Positions 6,670 through 16,104 of a stretch of 19,722 nucleotides of DNA are shown piece after piece; within the stretch, counting starts at the first letter, position 1, and every line of letters begins with the position of its first letter. The notes below the pieces were generated by a model. The model did no database searches. It worked only from the letters and a program-made list of their open reading frames with translations, and had not been told where the DNA came from. The stretch comes from a virus (Duplodnaviria > Heunggongvirae > Uroviricota > Caudoviricetes), in IMG/VR virus record IMGVR_UViG_2623620491_000017; one strand, given 5' to 3'. Both the position numbers and the translations under genes were made by a program.

Positions 6670-6688
6670 GGCGAGGCGGGGAAAGCAC
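6670..6688. other. cos: cos site: 19-nt cohesive-end sequence GGCGAGGCGGGGAAAGCAC
   Basis: Exact 19-mer that I recall as the P2/186 cohesive end, located about 170 bp beyond the portal gene stop as expected for P2-type genomes. Confidence 0.75.
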
Positions 6689-6830
6689 TGCGCGCTGGCG
6701 GTGGTGCTGATTTTATTTTTTCAGCGTCTGAGCGCGTCGTGATGGCGTTTAGATTGTTCGCCGGGGCGTTGGTGTGTCTGCGGGCTGTTTTGTGCGGTGG
6801 TGAGCGTGTGAGGGCGTGATGGCGGGTTGT

Positions 6831-6852
6831 AAAAAAGCCGCCCGCAGGCGGC
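6831..6852 (-). terminator. Rho-independent terminator of the leftward P-Q late operon
   Basis: On the minus strand the Q stop is followed by GCCGCC-ugcg-GGCGGC and then UUUUUU (A-run 6831-6836 on the plus strand). Confidence 0.7.
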
Positions 6853-6857
6853 GATGT

Positions 6858-7892
6858 TCAGCCGTTGTCAGTGTCCAGTGAGTAGTTTTTAAAGCGGATG
6901 ACCTCCTGACCGAGCCAGCCGTTTATTTCCCGAATCCTGTCCTGTAACGGGATTAGCTCATTGCGGACAAAGACCTTTGCCACTTTCTCAATATCGCCCA
7001 GTGACCCGACGTTCTCCGGCTTGCCACCCATCAACTGAAAGGGGATGCGGTGTGCGTCCAGCAGGTCAGCGGCGCTGGCTTTTTTGATATTAAAAAAATC
7101 GTCCTTCGTCGCCACTTCACTGAGCGGGATAATTTTAATGCCGTCGGCTTTCCCCTGTGGGGCATAGAGAAACAGATTTTTAAAGTTATTGCGGCCTTTC
7201 GACTTAACCATGTTTTCGCGAAGCATTTCGATATCGTTGCGGTCCTGCACGGCATCGGTGACGTACATGATGTATCCGGCATGTGCGCCGTTTTCGTAAT
7301 ACTTGCGGCGGAACAGCGTGGCCGACTCATTCAGCCAGGCAGAGTTAAGGGCGCTGAGATATTCCGGCAGGCCGTACAGCTCCTGATTAATATCCGGCTC
7401 CAGCAGGTGAAACACGGAGCCGGGCGCGAAGGCTGTCGGCTCGTTGAAGGACGGCACCCACCAGTAAACATCCTCCTCCACGCCACGGCGGGTATATTTT
7501 GCCGGTGAGGTTTCCAGTCTGATGACCTTACCGGTGGTGCTGTAACGCTTTTCCAGAAACGCATTACCGAACACCAGAAAATCCAGCACAAAGCGGCTGA
7601 AATCCTGCTGAGAAAGCCACGGATGCGGGATAAATGTCGACGCCAGAATATTGCGTTTGACGTAAATCGGGGAGCTGTGATGCACGGCAGCACGCAGGCT
7701 TTTTGCCAGACCGGTAAAACTGACCGGTGGCTCATACCATCTGCCGTTACTGATGCACTCGACGTAATCCAGAATGTCACGCCGGTCGAGTACCGGCACC
7801 GGCTCACCAAAGGTGAATGCCTCCATTTTCGGGGCGCTGGCGGTCATTGTTTTTACCGCAGGTTGCGGTGTTTTCCCTTTTTTCTTGCTCAT
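6858..7892 (-). CDS. Q: Portal protein (gpQ-like), 344 aa
   Basis: Size and position: first gene inside cos, leftward, translationally coupled to the terminase large subunit, as in P2. Confidence 0.85.
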   Translation of the reverse strand: MSKKKGKTPQPAVKTMTASAPKMEAFTFGEPVPVLDRRDILDYVECISNGRWYEPPVSFTGLAKSLRAAVHHSSPIYVKRNILASTFIPHPWLSQQDFSRFVLDFLVFGNAFLEKRYSTTGKVIRLETSPAKYTRRGVEEDVYWWVPSFNEPTAFAPGSVFHLLEPDINQELYGLPEYLSALNSAWLNESATLFRRKYYENGAHAGYIMYVTDAVQDRNDIEMLRENMVKSKGRNNFKNLFLYAPQGKADGIKIIPLSEVATKDDFFNIKKASAADLLDAHRIPFQLMGGKPENVGSLGDIEKVAKVFVRNELIPLQDRIREINGWLGQEVIRFKNYSLDTDNG

Positions 7893-9664
7893 CAGTAAAA
7901 CTCCAGAATGGTGGATGTCAGCGGGGTGCTGATACCGGCGGTGAGTGGCTCATTTAACAGGGCATGCATGGTCGCCCAGGCGAGGTCGGCGTGGCTGGCT
8001 TCCTCGCTGCGGCTGGCCTCATAGGTGGCGCTGCGTCCGCTGCTGGTCATGGTCTTGCGGATAGCCATAAACGAGCTGGTGATGTCGGTGGCGCTGACGT
8101 CATATTCCAGACAGCCACGGCGGATAACGTCTTTTGCCTTGAGCACCATTGCGGTTTTCATTTCCGGCGTGTAGCGGATATCGCGCGCGGCGGGATAGAA
8201 CGAGCGCACGAGCTGGAACACGCCGACACCGAGGCCGGTGGCATCAATTCCGATGTATTCGACGTTGTATTTTTCGGTGAGTTTGCGGATGGATTCAGCC
8301 TGGGTGGCAAAGTCCATGCCTTTCCACTGGTGACGCTCAAGTATTCTGAATTTGCCACCGGCCACCACCGGCGGTGCCAGCACCACGCATCCGGCGCTGT
8401 CGCCACGGTGTGACGGGTCGTAACCAATCCAGACCGGGCGTGAGCCGAACGGATTGGCGGCAAACGGCGCATAGTCTTCCCATTCTTCCAGCGTGTCGAC
8501 CATGCAGCGTTGCAACTCCTCGAACGGGAACACCGACGCCTTGTCGTCAACAAATTCACACATGAACAGGTTTTTAAAATCGTCGGCGCTGTTTTCGCGT
8601 TTGAGCTGCTCAATGTCGAACAGCGTGCAGCCGCCTTTCAGAGCGTCCTCAATGGTGACAATCTGCCGCCACTGGCCGTCCGCACAGAGAAGCCCACCGG
8701 CAAGGGCGTTATGACTGACGTCGATTTCCACGCGCTCGGCGGCGCTGGCGCGTCCCCGGTTGAACAGTTCACCCGACCAGAACGGGTAGGCGTCGTGCGC
8801 CAGCGTGGACGGGGTGGAGAAATAGGTCGAGCGCAGGTGACTCTGTGAGGCCATACCTGATGCCACCTTACGTAGTACCTGAAAATTCGGGATCCAGAAA
8901 ATCTCGTCGACGTACAGGTCGCCGTTATGGCTCTGTGCGGTGTTGGAGTTGGTGCCGAGAAAAATCAGTTTTGCGCCGTTATTGCCCAGGACAATCGGGT
9001 CACCGGTCAGGTCAACGTCAACCAGCCGGGCAAAGGCGATGATGTATTCGCGGAACACATACGCCTGCGTTTTACTGGCCGACAGAAAAATCTGGTTATG
9101 GCCGGTTTTCAGGGCACGCAGCAGCGCCTCGCGGGAAAAATAAAACGTTGCGCCAATCTGGCGGGATTTCAGGATATCGCGGATGCGGTGCTCAAGCCCG
9201 GCGCGATACCAGTGCAACTGATATTCGAAAGACTGCTCAAAGAAAATCTGCTCCAGCTTTTCGATGGCCTCGTCACTGAAAAAATTCTTTTTCGGTTTGC
9301 GACGCCCGCCTTTGTTGCGGTTAGCGATGTTCGGATTAAGGTCTGCCTCGTTGCCGGTCTGGCTGTAACGGTTGACCCGTGCCAGTCGTTCAATCTGGCG
9401 TCCCAGCAGGTCAATTTCCTTGAAGTCCCCGCCGGTTTTCTGCGGTTTGATGATGAGCTGGGTCAGCCGCGCTTCCAGACTCATTTCGACACGGCTGATG
9501 GGGGCAACGCTGTCCCAGCCGTCGCGCTGTTTCCAGCTCTGCACCGTCGGGCGTTTCATCTGCAACATGGCGGCAATCTGCGGCACGGAAAACCCCTGCC
9601 AGTACAGCAGCGCCGCCTGACGACGCGGGTCGTGTAAAAGAGTGGTGTCTGTGGTGATGGTCAT
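7892..9664 (-). CDS. P: Terminase large subunit (gpP-like), about 590 aa
   Basis: Large leftward ORF upstream of the portal gene and divergent from the scaffold/capsid operon. Start taken at ATG 9664 (MTITTDTT...) rather than 9694. Confidence 0.85.
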   Translation of the reverse strand: MTITTDTTLLHDPRRQAALLYWQGFSVPQIAAMLQMKRPTVQSWKQRDGWDSVAPISRVEMSLEARLTQLIIKPQKTGGDFKEIDLLGRQIERLARVNRYSQTGNEADLNPNIANRNKGGRRKPKKNFFSDEAIEKLEQIFFEQSFEYQLHWYRAGLEHRIRDILKSRQIGATFYFSREALLRALKTGHNQIFLSASKTQAYVFREYIIAFARLVDVDLTGDPIVLGNNGAKLIFLGTNSNTAQSHNGDLYVDEIFWIPNFQVLRKVASGMASQSHLRSTYFSTPSTLAHDAYPFWSGELFNRGRASAAERVEIDVSHNALAGGLLCADGQWRQIVTIEDALKGGCTLFDIEQLKRENSADDFKNLFMCEFVDDKASVFPFEELQRCMVDTLEEWEDYAPFAANPFGSRPVWIGYDPSHRGDSAGCVVLAPPVVAGGKFRILERHQWKGMDFATQAESIRKLTEKYNVEYIGIDATGLGVGVFQLVRSFYPAARDIRYTPEMKTAMVLKAKDVIRRGCLEYDVSATDITSSFMAIRKTMTSSGRSATYEASRSEEASHADLAWATMHALLNEPLTAGISTPLTSTILEFY

Positions 9665-9837
9665 GAATACCTCGCCGTGATGAATACACGGCAAGGCTAC
9701 TGAGTCGCGCCCCGCGATTCGCTAAGGTGCTGTTGTGTCAGTGATAAGCCATCCGGGACTGATGGCGGAGGATGCGCATCGTCGGGAAACTGATGCCGAC
9801 ATGTGACTCCTCTAATCACTATTCAGGACTCCTGACA
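9665..9837. promoter_or_regulatory. Divergent late-promoter region between P and O (expected Ogr-type activator-dependent promoters)
   Basis: A 173-bp intergenic region between divergently oriented late operons. Assignment by analogy to P2; no unambiguous sigma70 hexamers read. Confidence 0.4.
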
Positions 9838-10692
9838 ATGGCAAAAAAAGTCTCAAAATTCTTTCGTATCGGCGTTGAGGGTGACACCTGTGACGGGCGT
9901 GTCATCAGTGCGCAGGATATTCAGGAAATGGCCGAAACCTTTGACCCGCGTGTCTATGGTTGCCGCATTAACCTGGAACATCTGCGCGGCATCCTGCCTG
10001 ACGGTATTTTTAAGCGTTATGGCGATGTGGTCGAACTGAAGGCCGAAAAGATTGACGATGATTCGGCGCTGAAAGGCAAATGGGCGCTGTTTGCGAAAAT
10101 CACCCCGACCGATGACCTTATCGCGATGAACAAGGCCGCGCAGAAGGTCTATACCTCAATGGAAATTCAGCCGAACTTTGCCAATACCGGCAAATGTTAT
10201 CTGGTGGGTCTGGCCGTCACCGATGACCCGGCAAGCCTCGGCACGGAATACTTGGAATTCTGCCGCACGGCAAAACACAACCCTCTGAACCGCTTCAAAT
10301 TAAGCCCTGAAAACCTGATTTCAGTGGCAACGCCCGTTGAGCTGGAATTTGAAGACCTGCCTGAAACCGTGTTCACCGCCCTGACCGAAAAGGTGAAATC
10401 CATTTTTGGCCGCAAACAGGCCAGCGATGACGCCCGTCTGAATGACGTGCATGAAGCGGTGACCGCTGTTGCTGAACATGTGCAGGAAAAGCTGAGTGCC
10501 ACTGAGCAGCGCCTCGCTGAGATGGAAACCGCTTTTTCCGCACTTAAGCAGGATGTGACTGACAGGGCGGATGAAACCAGCCAGGCATTCACCCGCCTGA
10601 AAAACAGTCTCGACAGCACCGAAAGTCTGACCCAGCAGCGCCGCAGCAAGGCCACCGGCGGTGGCGGTGATGCCCTGATGACGAACTGCTGA
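9838..10692 (+). CDS. O: Capsid scaffolding protein (gpO-like), 284 aa
   Basis: Position and size; Gly-rich acidic C-terminus. Start taken at ATG 9838 (MAKKVSKF...) rather than the upstream extension from 9772. Confidence 0.85.
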   Translation: MAKKVSKFFRIGVEGDTCDGRVISAQDIQEMAETFDPRVYGCRINLEHLRGILPDGIFKRYGDVVELKAEKIDDDSALKGKWALFAKITPTDDLIAMNKAAQKVYTSMEIQPNFANTGKCYLVGLAVTDDPASLGTEYLEFCRTAKHNPLNRFKLSPENLISVATPVELEFEDLPETVFTALTEKVKSIFGRKQASDDARLNDVHEAVTAVAEHVQEKLSATEQRLAEMETAFSALKQDVTDRADETSQAFTRLKNSLDSTESLTQQRRSKATGGGGDALMTNC

Positions 10693-10750
10693 CCGTCGTC
10701 AGTCAGTCCGGGAAAACCTTCACGATTAACCCTTAATTTCAGGAAAAACT

Positions 10751-11824
10751 ATGCGCCAGGAAACCCGCTTTAAATTTAATGCCTACCTGTCCCGTGTTGC
10801 CGAACTGAACGGCATCGACGCCGGTGATGTGTCGAAAAAATTCACCGTTGAACCGTCGGTCACCCAGACCCTGATGAACACCATGCAGGAGTCCTCTGAC
10901 TTTCTGACCCGCATCAACATTGTGCCGGTCAGCGAAATGAAAGGGGAAAAAATTGGTATCGGTGTCACCGGCTCCATCGCCAGCACCACCGACACCGCCG
11001 GTGGCACCGAGCGTCAGCCGAAGGACTTCTCGAAGCTGGCGTCAAACAAGTACGAATGCGACCAGATTAACTTCGATTTTTATATCCGCTACAAAACGCT
11101 TGACCTGTGGGCGCGTTATCAGGATTTCCAGCTCCGTGTCCGTAACGCCATTATCAAACGCCAGTCCCTTGATTTAATCATGGCCGGTTTTAACGGCGTG
11201 AGGCGTGCCGAAACCTCTGACCGCAGCAGTAATCCGATGCTACAGGATGTGGCGGTCGGCTGGCTGCAGAAATACCGCAATGAAGCACCGGCGCGCGTGA
11301 TGAGCAAGGTCACTGACGAGGAAGGGCACACCACCTCTGAGGTTATCCGCGTGGGTAAGGGCGGTGATTATGCCAGCCTTGACGCACTGGTGATGGATGC
11401 GACCAACAACCTGATTGAGCCGTGGTATCAGGAAGACCCTGACCTTGTGGTGATTGTGGGACGTCAGCTACTGGCGGACAAGTATTTTCCCATCGTCAAC
11501 AAGGAGCAGGACAACAGCGAAATGCTGGCCGCTGACGTCATCATCAGCCAGAAACGCATCGGTAACCTGCCGGCGGTACGCGTCCCGTACTTCCCGGCGG
11601 ATGCGATGCTCATCACAAAGCTGGAAAACCTGTCCATCTACTACATGGATGACAGCCATCGCCGCGTGATTGAGGAAAACCCGAAACTCGACCGCGTGGA
11701 GAACTACGAGTCAATGAACATTGATTACGTGGTGGAAGACTACGCCGCCGGTTGTCTGGTGGAAAAAATTAAGGTCGGTGATTTCTCCGCACTGGCTAAA
11801 GCGACCGCAGAGCCGGGAGCGTAA
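10751..11824 (+). CDS. N: Major capsid protein (gpN-like), 357 aa
   Basis: Follows the scaffold gene; AGGAAA SD; 357 aa as for P2 gpN. Confidence 0.88.
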   Translation: MRQETRFKFNAYLSRVAELNGIDAGDVSKKFTVEPSVTQTLMNTMQESSDFLTRINIVPVSEMKGEKIGIGVTGSIASTTDTAGGTERQPKDFSKLASNKYECDQINFDFYIRYKTLDLWARYQDFQLRVRNAIIKRQSLDLIMAGFNGVRRAETSDRSSNPMLQDVAVGWLQKYRNEAPARVMSKVTDEEGHTTSEVIRVGKGGDYASLDALVMDATNNLIEPWYQEDPDLVVIVGRQLLADKYFPIVNKEQDNSEMLAADVIISQKRIGNLPAVRVPYFPADAMLITKLENLSIYYMDDSHRRVIEENPKLDRVENYESMNIDYVVEDYAAGCLVEKIKVGDFSALAKATAEPGA

Positions 11825-11827
11825 CCG

Positions 11828-12571
11828 ATGACGAGTCCCGCACAGCGCCACATGATGCGGGTCTCGGCAGCGATGACCGCGCAGCGGGAAGCCGCCCCGC
11901 TGCGACATGCAACTGTCTATGAGCAGATGCTGGTTAAGCTCGCCGCAGACCAGCGCACACTGAAAGCGATTTATTCAAAAGAGCTGAAGGCCGCGAAAAA
12001 ACGCGAACTGCTGCCGTTCTGGTTGCCGTGGGTGAACGGCGTGCTGGAGCAGGGCAAAGGTGCACAGGATGACATTCTGATGACGGTCATGCTGTGGCGT
12101 CTGGATACCGGCGATATTGCCGGTGCGCTGGAGATTGCCCGTTATGCCCTGAAGTACGGTCTGACCATGCCGGGTAAACACCGCCGTACCCCGCCGTACA
12201 TGTTCACCGAGGAGGTAGCGCTTGCGGCCATGCGCGCTCACGCTGCCGGTGAGTCTGTGGATACCCGCCTGCTGACGGAGACCCTTGAACTGACCGCCAC
12301 GGCTGACATGCCTGATGAAGTGCGCGCAAAGCTGCACAAAATTACCGGTCTGTTTCTGCGTGACGGTGGTGATGCCGCCGGTGCGCTGGCGCACCTGCAA
12401 CGTGCGACACAGCTCGACTGTCAGGCAGGTGTCAAAAAAGAGATTGAACGACTGGAGCGGGAGCTGAAACCGAAGCCGGAGCCGCAGCCCAAAGCGGCCA
12501 CCCGCGCCCCGCGTAAGACCCGGAGCGTGACACCGGCAAAACGTGGACGCCCGAAAAAGAAAGCCAGTTAA
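11828..12571 (+). CDS. M: Terminase small (endonuclease) subunit (gpM-like), 247 aa
   Basis: Position after the capsid gene; basic Lys/Arg/Pro-rich C-terminal tail; size matches P2 gpM. Confidence 0.8.
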   Translation: MTSPAQRHMMRVSAAMTAQREAAPLRHATVYEQMLVKLAADQRTLKAIYSKELKAAKKRELLPFWLPWVNGVLEQGKGAQDDILMTVMLWRLDTGDIAGALEIARYALKYGLTMPGKHRRTPPYMFTEEVALAAMRAHAAGESVDTRLLTETLELTATADMPDEVRAKLHKITGLFLRDGGDAAGALAHLQRATQLDCQAGVKKEIERLERELKPKPEPQPKAATRAPRKTRSVTPAKRGRPKKKAS

Positions 12572-12670
12572 CAACCGAATGCGCCCCGCGCCAGGGCGGC
12601 ACGCCGGTCAGTGTGGGTGAATCACCTGACACTGTACCGGCGTCCACCGCCCGACTTTTCTGAGGTAGTC

Positions 12671-13180
12671 ATGATGACGCTGATTATTCCGCGAAAGGAG
12701 GCTCCCGTGTCCGGTGAGGGTACGGTGGTCATCCCGCAACCGGCAGGCGACGAGCCGGTGATTAAAAACACGTTCTTTTTTCCCGATATCGACCCGAAGC
12801 GCGTCCGGGAACGTATGCGCCTTGAGCAGACCGTCGCCCCCGCCCGTCTGCGTGAGGCCATCAAGTCAGGCATGGCGGAGACGAATGCGGAGCTGTACGA
12901 GTACCGCGAACAGAAAATTGCCGCCGGTTTTACGCGTCTGGCTGACGTCCCGGCAGACGATATCGACGGTGAAAGCATCAAGGTTTTTTACTACGAGCGC
13001 GCCGTGTGTGCGATGGCGACCGCGTCGCTTTATGAGCGTTATCGCGGCGTGGATGCCAGTGCGAAAGGCGACAAGAAGGCCGACAGCATTGACAGCACCA
13101 TTGATGAACTGTGGCGGGATATGCGCTGGGCGGTGGCGCGTATCCAGGACAAGCCGCGCTGCATCGTGAGTCAAATCTGA
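12671..13180 (+). CDS. L: Head completion/stabilisation protein (gpL-like), 169 aa
   Basis: Position and size; start at ATG 12671 with GAGG 5 nt upstream. Confidence 0.8.
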   Translation: MMTLIIPRKEAPVSGEGTVVIPQPAGDEPVIKNTFFFPDIDPKRVRERMRLEQTVAPARLREAIKSGMAETNAELYEYREQKIAAGFTRLADVPADDIDGESIKVFYYERAVCAMATASLYERYRGVDASAKGDKKADSIDSTIDELWRDMRWAVARIQDKPRCIVSQI

Positions 13181-13383
13181 TGAAGACCTTTGCGCTACAG
13201 GGCGACACGCTCGACGCCATTTGTGTCCGGTATTACGGGCGCACTGAGGGCGTGGTTGAGACCGTGCTCGCCGCAAATCCGGGACTGGCTGAACTGGGTG
13301 CGGTGCTGCCGCACGGCACCGCCGTCGAACTGCCCGACGTTCAGACCGCGCCCGTGGCTGAAACTGTCAATCTGTGGGAGTAA
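13180..13383 (+). CDS. X: Tail protein X (67 aa)
   Basis: Small ORF whose ATG overlaps the L stop; position and 67-aa size as for P2 gpX. Confidence 0.75.
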   Translation: MKTFALQGDTLDAICVRYYGRTEGVVETVLAANPGLAELGAVLPHGTAVELPDVQTAPVAETVNLWE

Positions 13384-13386
13384 CGC

Positions 13387-13668
13387 ATGACAGCAGAAGA
13401 AAAAAGCGTCCTGTCGCTTTTCATGATTGGGGTGCTGATTGTTGTCGGCAAGGTGCTTGCCGGTGGTGAACCCATCACCCCGCGTCTGTTTATCGGGCGC
13501 ATGTTGCTCGGCGGTTTTGTCTCGATGGTTGCCGGTGTTGTTCTGGTGCAGTTTCCTGACCTGTCACTGCCTGCGGTGTGCGGCATCGGCTCCATGCTGG
13601 GTATCGCCGGTTATCAGGTGATTGAGATTGCCATTCAGCGCCGCTTTAAGGGCAGGGGGAAACCGTAA
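13387..13668 (+). CDS. Y: Holin (gpY-like), 93 aa
   Basis: Hydrophobic segments with a charged C-terminus (RRFKGRGKP); lies immediately upstream of the endolysin gene. Confidence 0.8.
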   Translation: MTAEEKSVLSLFMIGVLIVVGKVLAGGEPITPRLFIGRMLLGGFVSMVAGVVLVQFPDLSLPAVCGIGSMLGIAGYQVIEIAIQRRFKGRGKP

Positions 13669-14165
13669 TGCCGGTAATTAACACGCATCAGAATATCGCC
13701 GCCTTTCTCGACATGCTGGCCGTGTCCGAAGGGACGGCGAATCATCCGCTGACGAAAAACCGGGGCTATGACGTGATAGTCACCGGACTGGACGGGAAGC
13801 CGGAAATTTTCACCGACTACAGTGACCACCCGTTCGCGCATGGCCGACCGGCGAAGGTGTTTAACCGTCGCGGTGAAAAATCCACGGCCTCCGGTCGCTA
13901 TCAGCAGCTTTACCTGTTCTGGCCGCATTACCGCAAACAGCTTGCCCTGCCGGATTTCAGTCCGTTGTCACAGGACAGACTCGCCATTCAGTTGATCCGC
14001 GAACGCGGTGCGCTGGATGACATCCGGGCGGGACGTATTGAGCGCGCCATTTCACGCTGTCGCAATATCTGGGCGTCCCTGCCGGGAGCCGGTTACGGTC
14101 AGCGTGAGCATTCACTGGAAAAACTGGTCACCGTCTGGCGTACCGCTGGCGGCGTACCGGCTTAA
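13668..14165 (+). CDS. K: Endolysin, lambda R-type lytic transglycosylase (gpK-like), 165 aa
   Basis: Translation shares blocks with lambda R as I recall it: AFLDMLAVSEGT, GYDVIV, FTDYSDHP, NIWASLPGAGYGQ. Confidence 0.88.
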   Translation: MPVINTHQNIAAFLDMLAVSEGTANHPLTKNRGYDVIVTGLDGKPEIFTDYSDHPFAHGRPAKVFNRRGEKSTASGRYQQLYLFWPHYRKQLALPDFSPLSQDRLAIQLIRERGALDDIRAGRIERAISRCRNIWASLPGAGYGQREHSLEKLVTVWRTAGGVPA

Positions 14166-14179
14166 ACGGAGTAAACACC

Positions 14180-14605
14180 ATGAAGAAATTATCCCTTTCA
14201 CTGATGCTGAACGTGTCGCTGGCGCTGATGCTGGCACTGTCCCTGATTTACCCGCAGAGCGTGGCCGTCAATTTTGTCGCTGCCTGGGCGATTCTGGCGA
14301 CGGTTATCTGTGTGGTTGCCGGTGGTGTCGGCGTGTATGCCACTGAGTATGTGCTGGAACGCTACGGGCGGGAGCTGCCGCCGGAATCGCTGGCCGTGAA
14401 GATTGTCACGGCGCTGTTTTTGCAGCCGGTGCCGTGGCGCAGACGGGCGGCGGCTCTGGTGGTGATGGTGGTGACGTTTATCTCGCTGGTCGCTGCCGGG
14501 TGGATTTTTACTGCGCTGATTTACCTCGTGGCGTCGCTGTTTTTCCGGCTGATACGTACGGCCTGCCGTCAGCGTTTTGAGGGGCGGGAACCATGTCAAA
14601 ACTGA
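14180..14605 (+). CDS. lysA: Lysis accessory membrane protein (LysA-like), 141 aa
   Basis: Multi-pass hydrophobic protein directly after the endolysin gene, as P2 lysA. Confidence 0.7.
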   Translation: MKKLSLSLMLNVSLALMLALSLIYPQSVAVNFVAAWAILATVICVVAGGVGVYATEYVLERYGRELPPESLAVKIVTALFLQPVPWRRRAAALVVMVVTFISLVAAGWIFTALIYLVASLFFRLIRTACRQRFEGREPCQN

Positions 14606-15018
14606 TGATTGTGCTGGTTGTGTTGTTATCACTGGCGGTGGCGGGGCTGTTTCTGGCGAAGCATGAAAACGCCAGCCTGCGCGCCTCGCTGGACAGGGCG
14701 AACAACGTCGCCAGCGGGCAGCAGGTGACCATCACCATGCTGAAAAATCAGCTTCATGTTGCCCTCACCAGAGCAGACAAAAACGAGCTGGCGCAGGTGG
14801 CACTGCGTCAGGAACTGGAGAACGCCGCGAAGCGTGAAGCACAGCGCGAGAAAACCATCACGAGGTTACTCAATGAAAACGAAGATTTTCGCCGCTGGTA
14901 CGGTGCTGACCTGCCTGATGCTGTGCGCCGGTTGCACCAGCGCCCGGCCTGCACCGACGCCAGTGATTGTCGCCAACGCCTGCCCGAAAGTGAGTCTTTG
15001 CCCGATGCCGGGCAGTGA
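14593..15018 (+). CDS. lysB: i-spanin (Rz-like, LysB), 141 aa
   Basis: N-terminal transmembrane helix followed by a coiled-coil-like charged domain; position after lysA. Confidence 0.75.
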   Translation: MSKLMIVLVVLLSLAVAGLFLAKHENASLRASLDRANNVASGQQVTITMLKNQLHVALTRADKNELAQVALRQELENAAKREAQREKTITRLLNENEDFRRWYGADLPDAVRRLHQRPACTDASDCRQRLPESESLPDAGQ

Positions 15019-15163
15019 CCCGCAGACGAACGGCGATTTAAGTGCTGATATCCGGCAGCTTGAGAACGCGCTGGCACGCTGTGCCAGCCAGGTAAAAATG
15101 ATTAAACACTGTCAGGACGAAAACGATGCTCAAACCCGACAGCCTGCGCAGGGCGCTGACTGA
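14873..15163 (+). CDS. lysC: o-spanin lipoprotein (Rz1-like, LysC), 96 aa, embedded out of frame in lysB and extending into R
   Basis: GAGG 7 nt before ATG 14873; signal peptide MKTKIFAAGTVLTCLMLCAGC with a Cys-containing lipobox-like region; Pro-rich mature part. Confidence 0.7.
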   Translation: MKTKIFAAGTVLTCLMLCAGCTSARPAPTPVIVANACPKVSLCPMPGSDPQTNGDLSADIRQLENALARCASQVKMIKHCQDENDAQTRQPAQGAD

Positions 15164-15593
15164 TGCCGTCACGGTGCTGAAAACCAGTCCAGAGATGCTG
15201 CGGATATTCGTGGATAACGGGAGTATTGCCTCCACACTGGCGACGTCGCTGTCATTCGAAAAGCGTTACACGCTCAATGTGATTGTGACCGACTTTACCG
15301 GTGATTTTGACCTGCTCATCGTGCCGGTGCTGGCGTGGCTGCGGGAAAATCAGCCCGACATCATGACCACCGACGAAGGCCAGAAAAAGGGCTTCACGTT
15401 TTATGCGGACATCAACAATGACAGCAGCTTTGATATCAGCATCAGCCTGATGCTGACCGAGCGCACGCTGGTCAGTGAGGTGGATGGCGCACTGCATGTG
15501 AAGAATATCCCGGAACCTCCGCCGCCGGAGCCGGTCACCCGCCCGGTGGAGCTTTATATCAATGGCGAACTGGTGAGCAAGTGGGATGAATGA
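15126..15593 (+). CDS. R: Tail completion protein (gpR-like), 155 aa
   Basis: Position and size match P2 gpR. Confidence 0.8.
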   Translation: MLKPDSLRRALTDAVTVLKTSPEMLRIFVDNGSIASTLATSLSFEKRYTLNVIVTDFTGDFDLLIVPVLAWLRENQPDIMTTDEGQKKGFTFYADINNDSSFDISISLMLTERTLVSEVDGALHVKNIPEPPPPEPVTRPVELYINGELVSKWDE

Positions 15594-16038
15594 GTTTAAG
15601 CGTTTTGAAGACCGGCTGACCGGACTGATTGAATCGCTGTCACCGTCAGGGCGTCGGCGACTGAGCGCCGAACTGGCGAAACGTCTGCGGCAGAGTCAGC
15701 AGCGCCGGGTGATGGCACAGAAAGCCCCGGACGGCACACCCTACGCACCACGCCAGCAGCAGAGCGCCAGAAAAAAGACCGGTCGCGTTAAACGAAAAAT
15801 GTTTGCGAAACTTATCACCAGTCGTTTTTTGCATATCCGCGCCAGCCCGGAACAGGCATCAATGGAGTTTTACGGCGGGAAGTCACCGAAAATCGCCAGC
15901 GTGCATCAGTTCGGTCTGTCGGAAGAAACCCGGAAAGACGGTAAGAAAATTGATTATCCGGCGCGTCCTCTGCTCGGCTTTACCGGTGAGGATGTGCAGA
16001 TGATTGAAGAGATTATTCTGGCTCACCTCGACCGTTAG
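15586..16038 (+). CDS. S: Tail completion protein (gpS-like), 150 aa
   Basis: Position and size match P2 gpS; start overlaps the R stop. Confidence 0.8.
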   Translation: MNEFKRFEDRLTGLIESLSPSGRRRLSAELAKRLRQSQQRRVMAQKAPDGTPYAPRQQQSARKKTGRVKRKMFAKLITSRFLHIRASPEQASMEFYGGKSPKIASVHQFGLSEETRKDGKKIDYPARPLLGFTGEDVQMIEEIILAHLDR

Positions 16039-16104
16039 TTGTGCCATTCCTGACACCTCATCGTCACATTGCCGCCGGTATGACCCGGCGGCATCCTTCC
16101 CGTT
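16039..16104 (+). promoter_or_regulatory. Intergenic region upstream of V; expected late promoter
   Basis: A 66-bp gap between S and V where P2 carries an activator-dependent late promoter. By analogy only. Confidence 0.3.

Noticed and set aside
6501-6710. 69-codon plus-strand ORF in the cargo/cos region
   Set aside because: It starts at TTG with no Shine-Dalgarno, runs straight through the cos site, and encodes a Gly/Arg-rich low-complexity product; most likely a chance open frame.
7031-8613. Multiple ORFs of 90-160 codons on the strand opposite Q and P (for example 7050-7508, 7331-7810, 7964-8413, 8158-8613)
   Set aside because: They lie fully inside well-supported GC-rich late genes, lack ribosome-binding sites and have Arg/Ala/Ser-rich composition typical of antisense shadow frames.
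9772-9837. N-terminal extension of the scaffold gene from ATG 9772
   Set aside because: The downstream ATG at 9838 (MAKKVSKF...) gives the expected 284-aa product; the extension would overlap the divergent late-promoter region.
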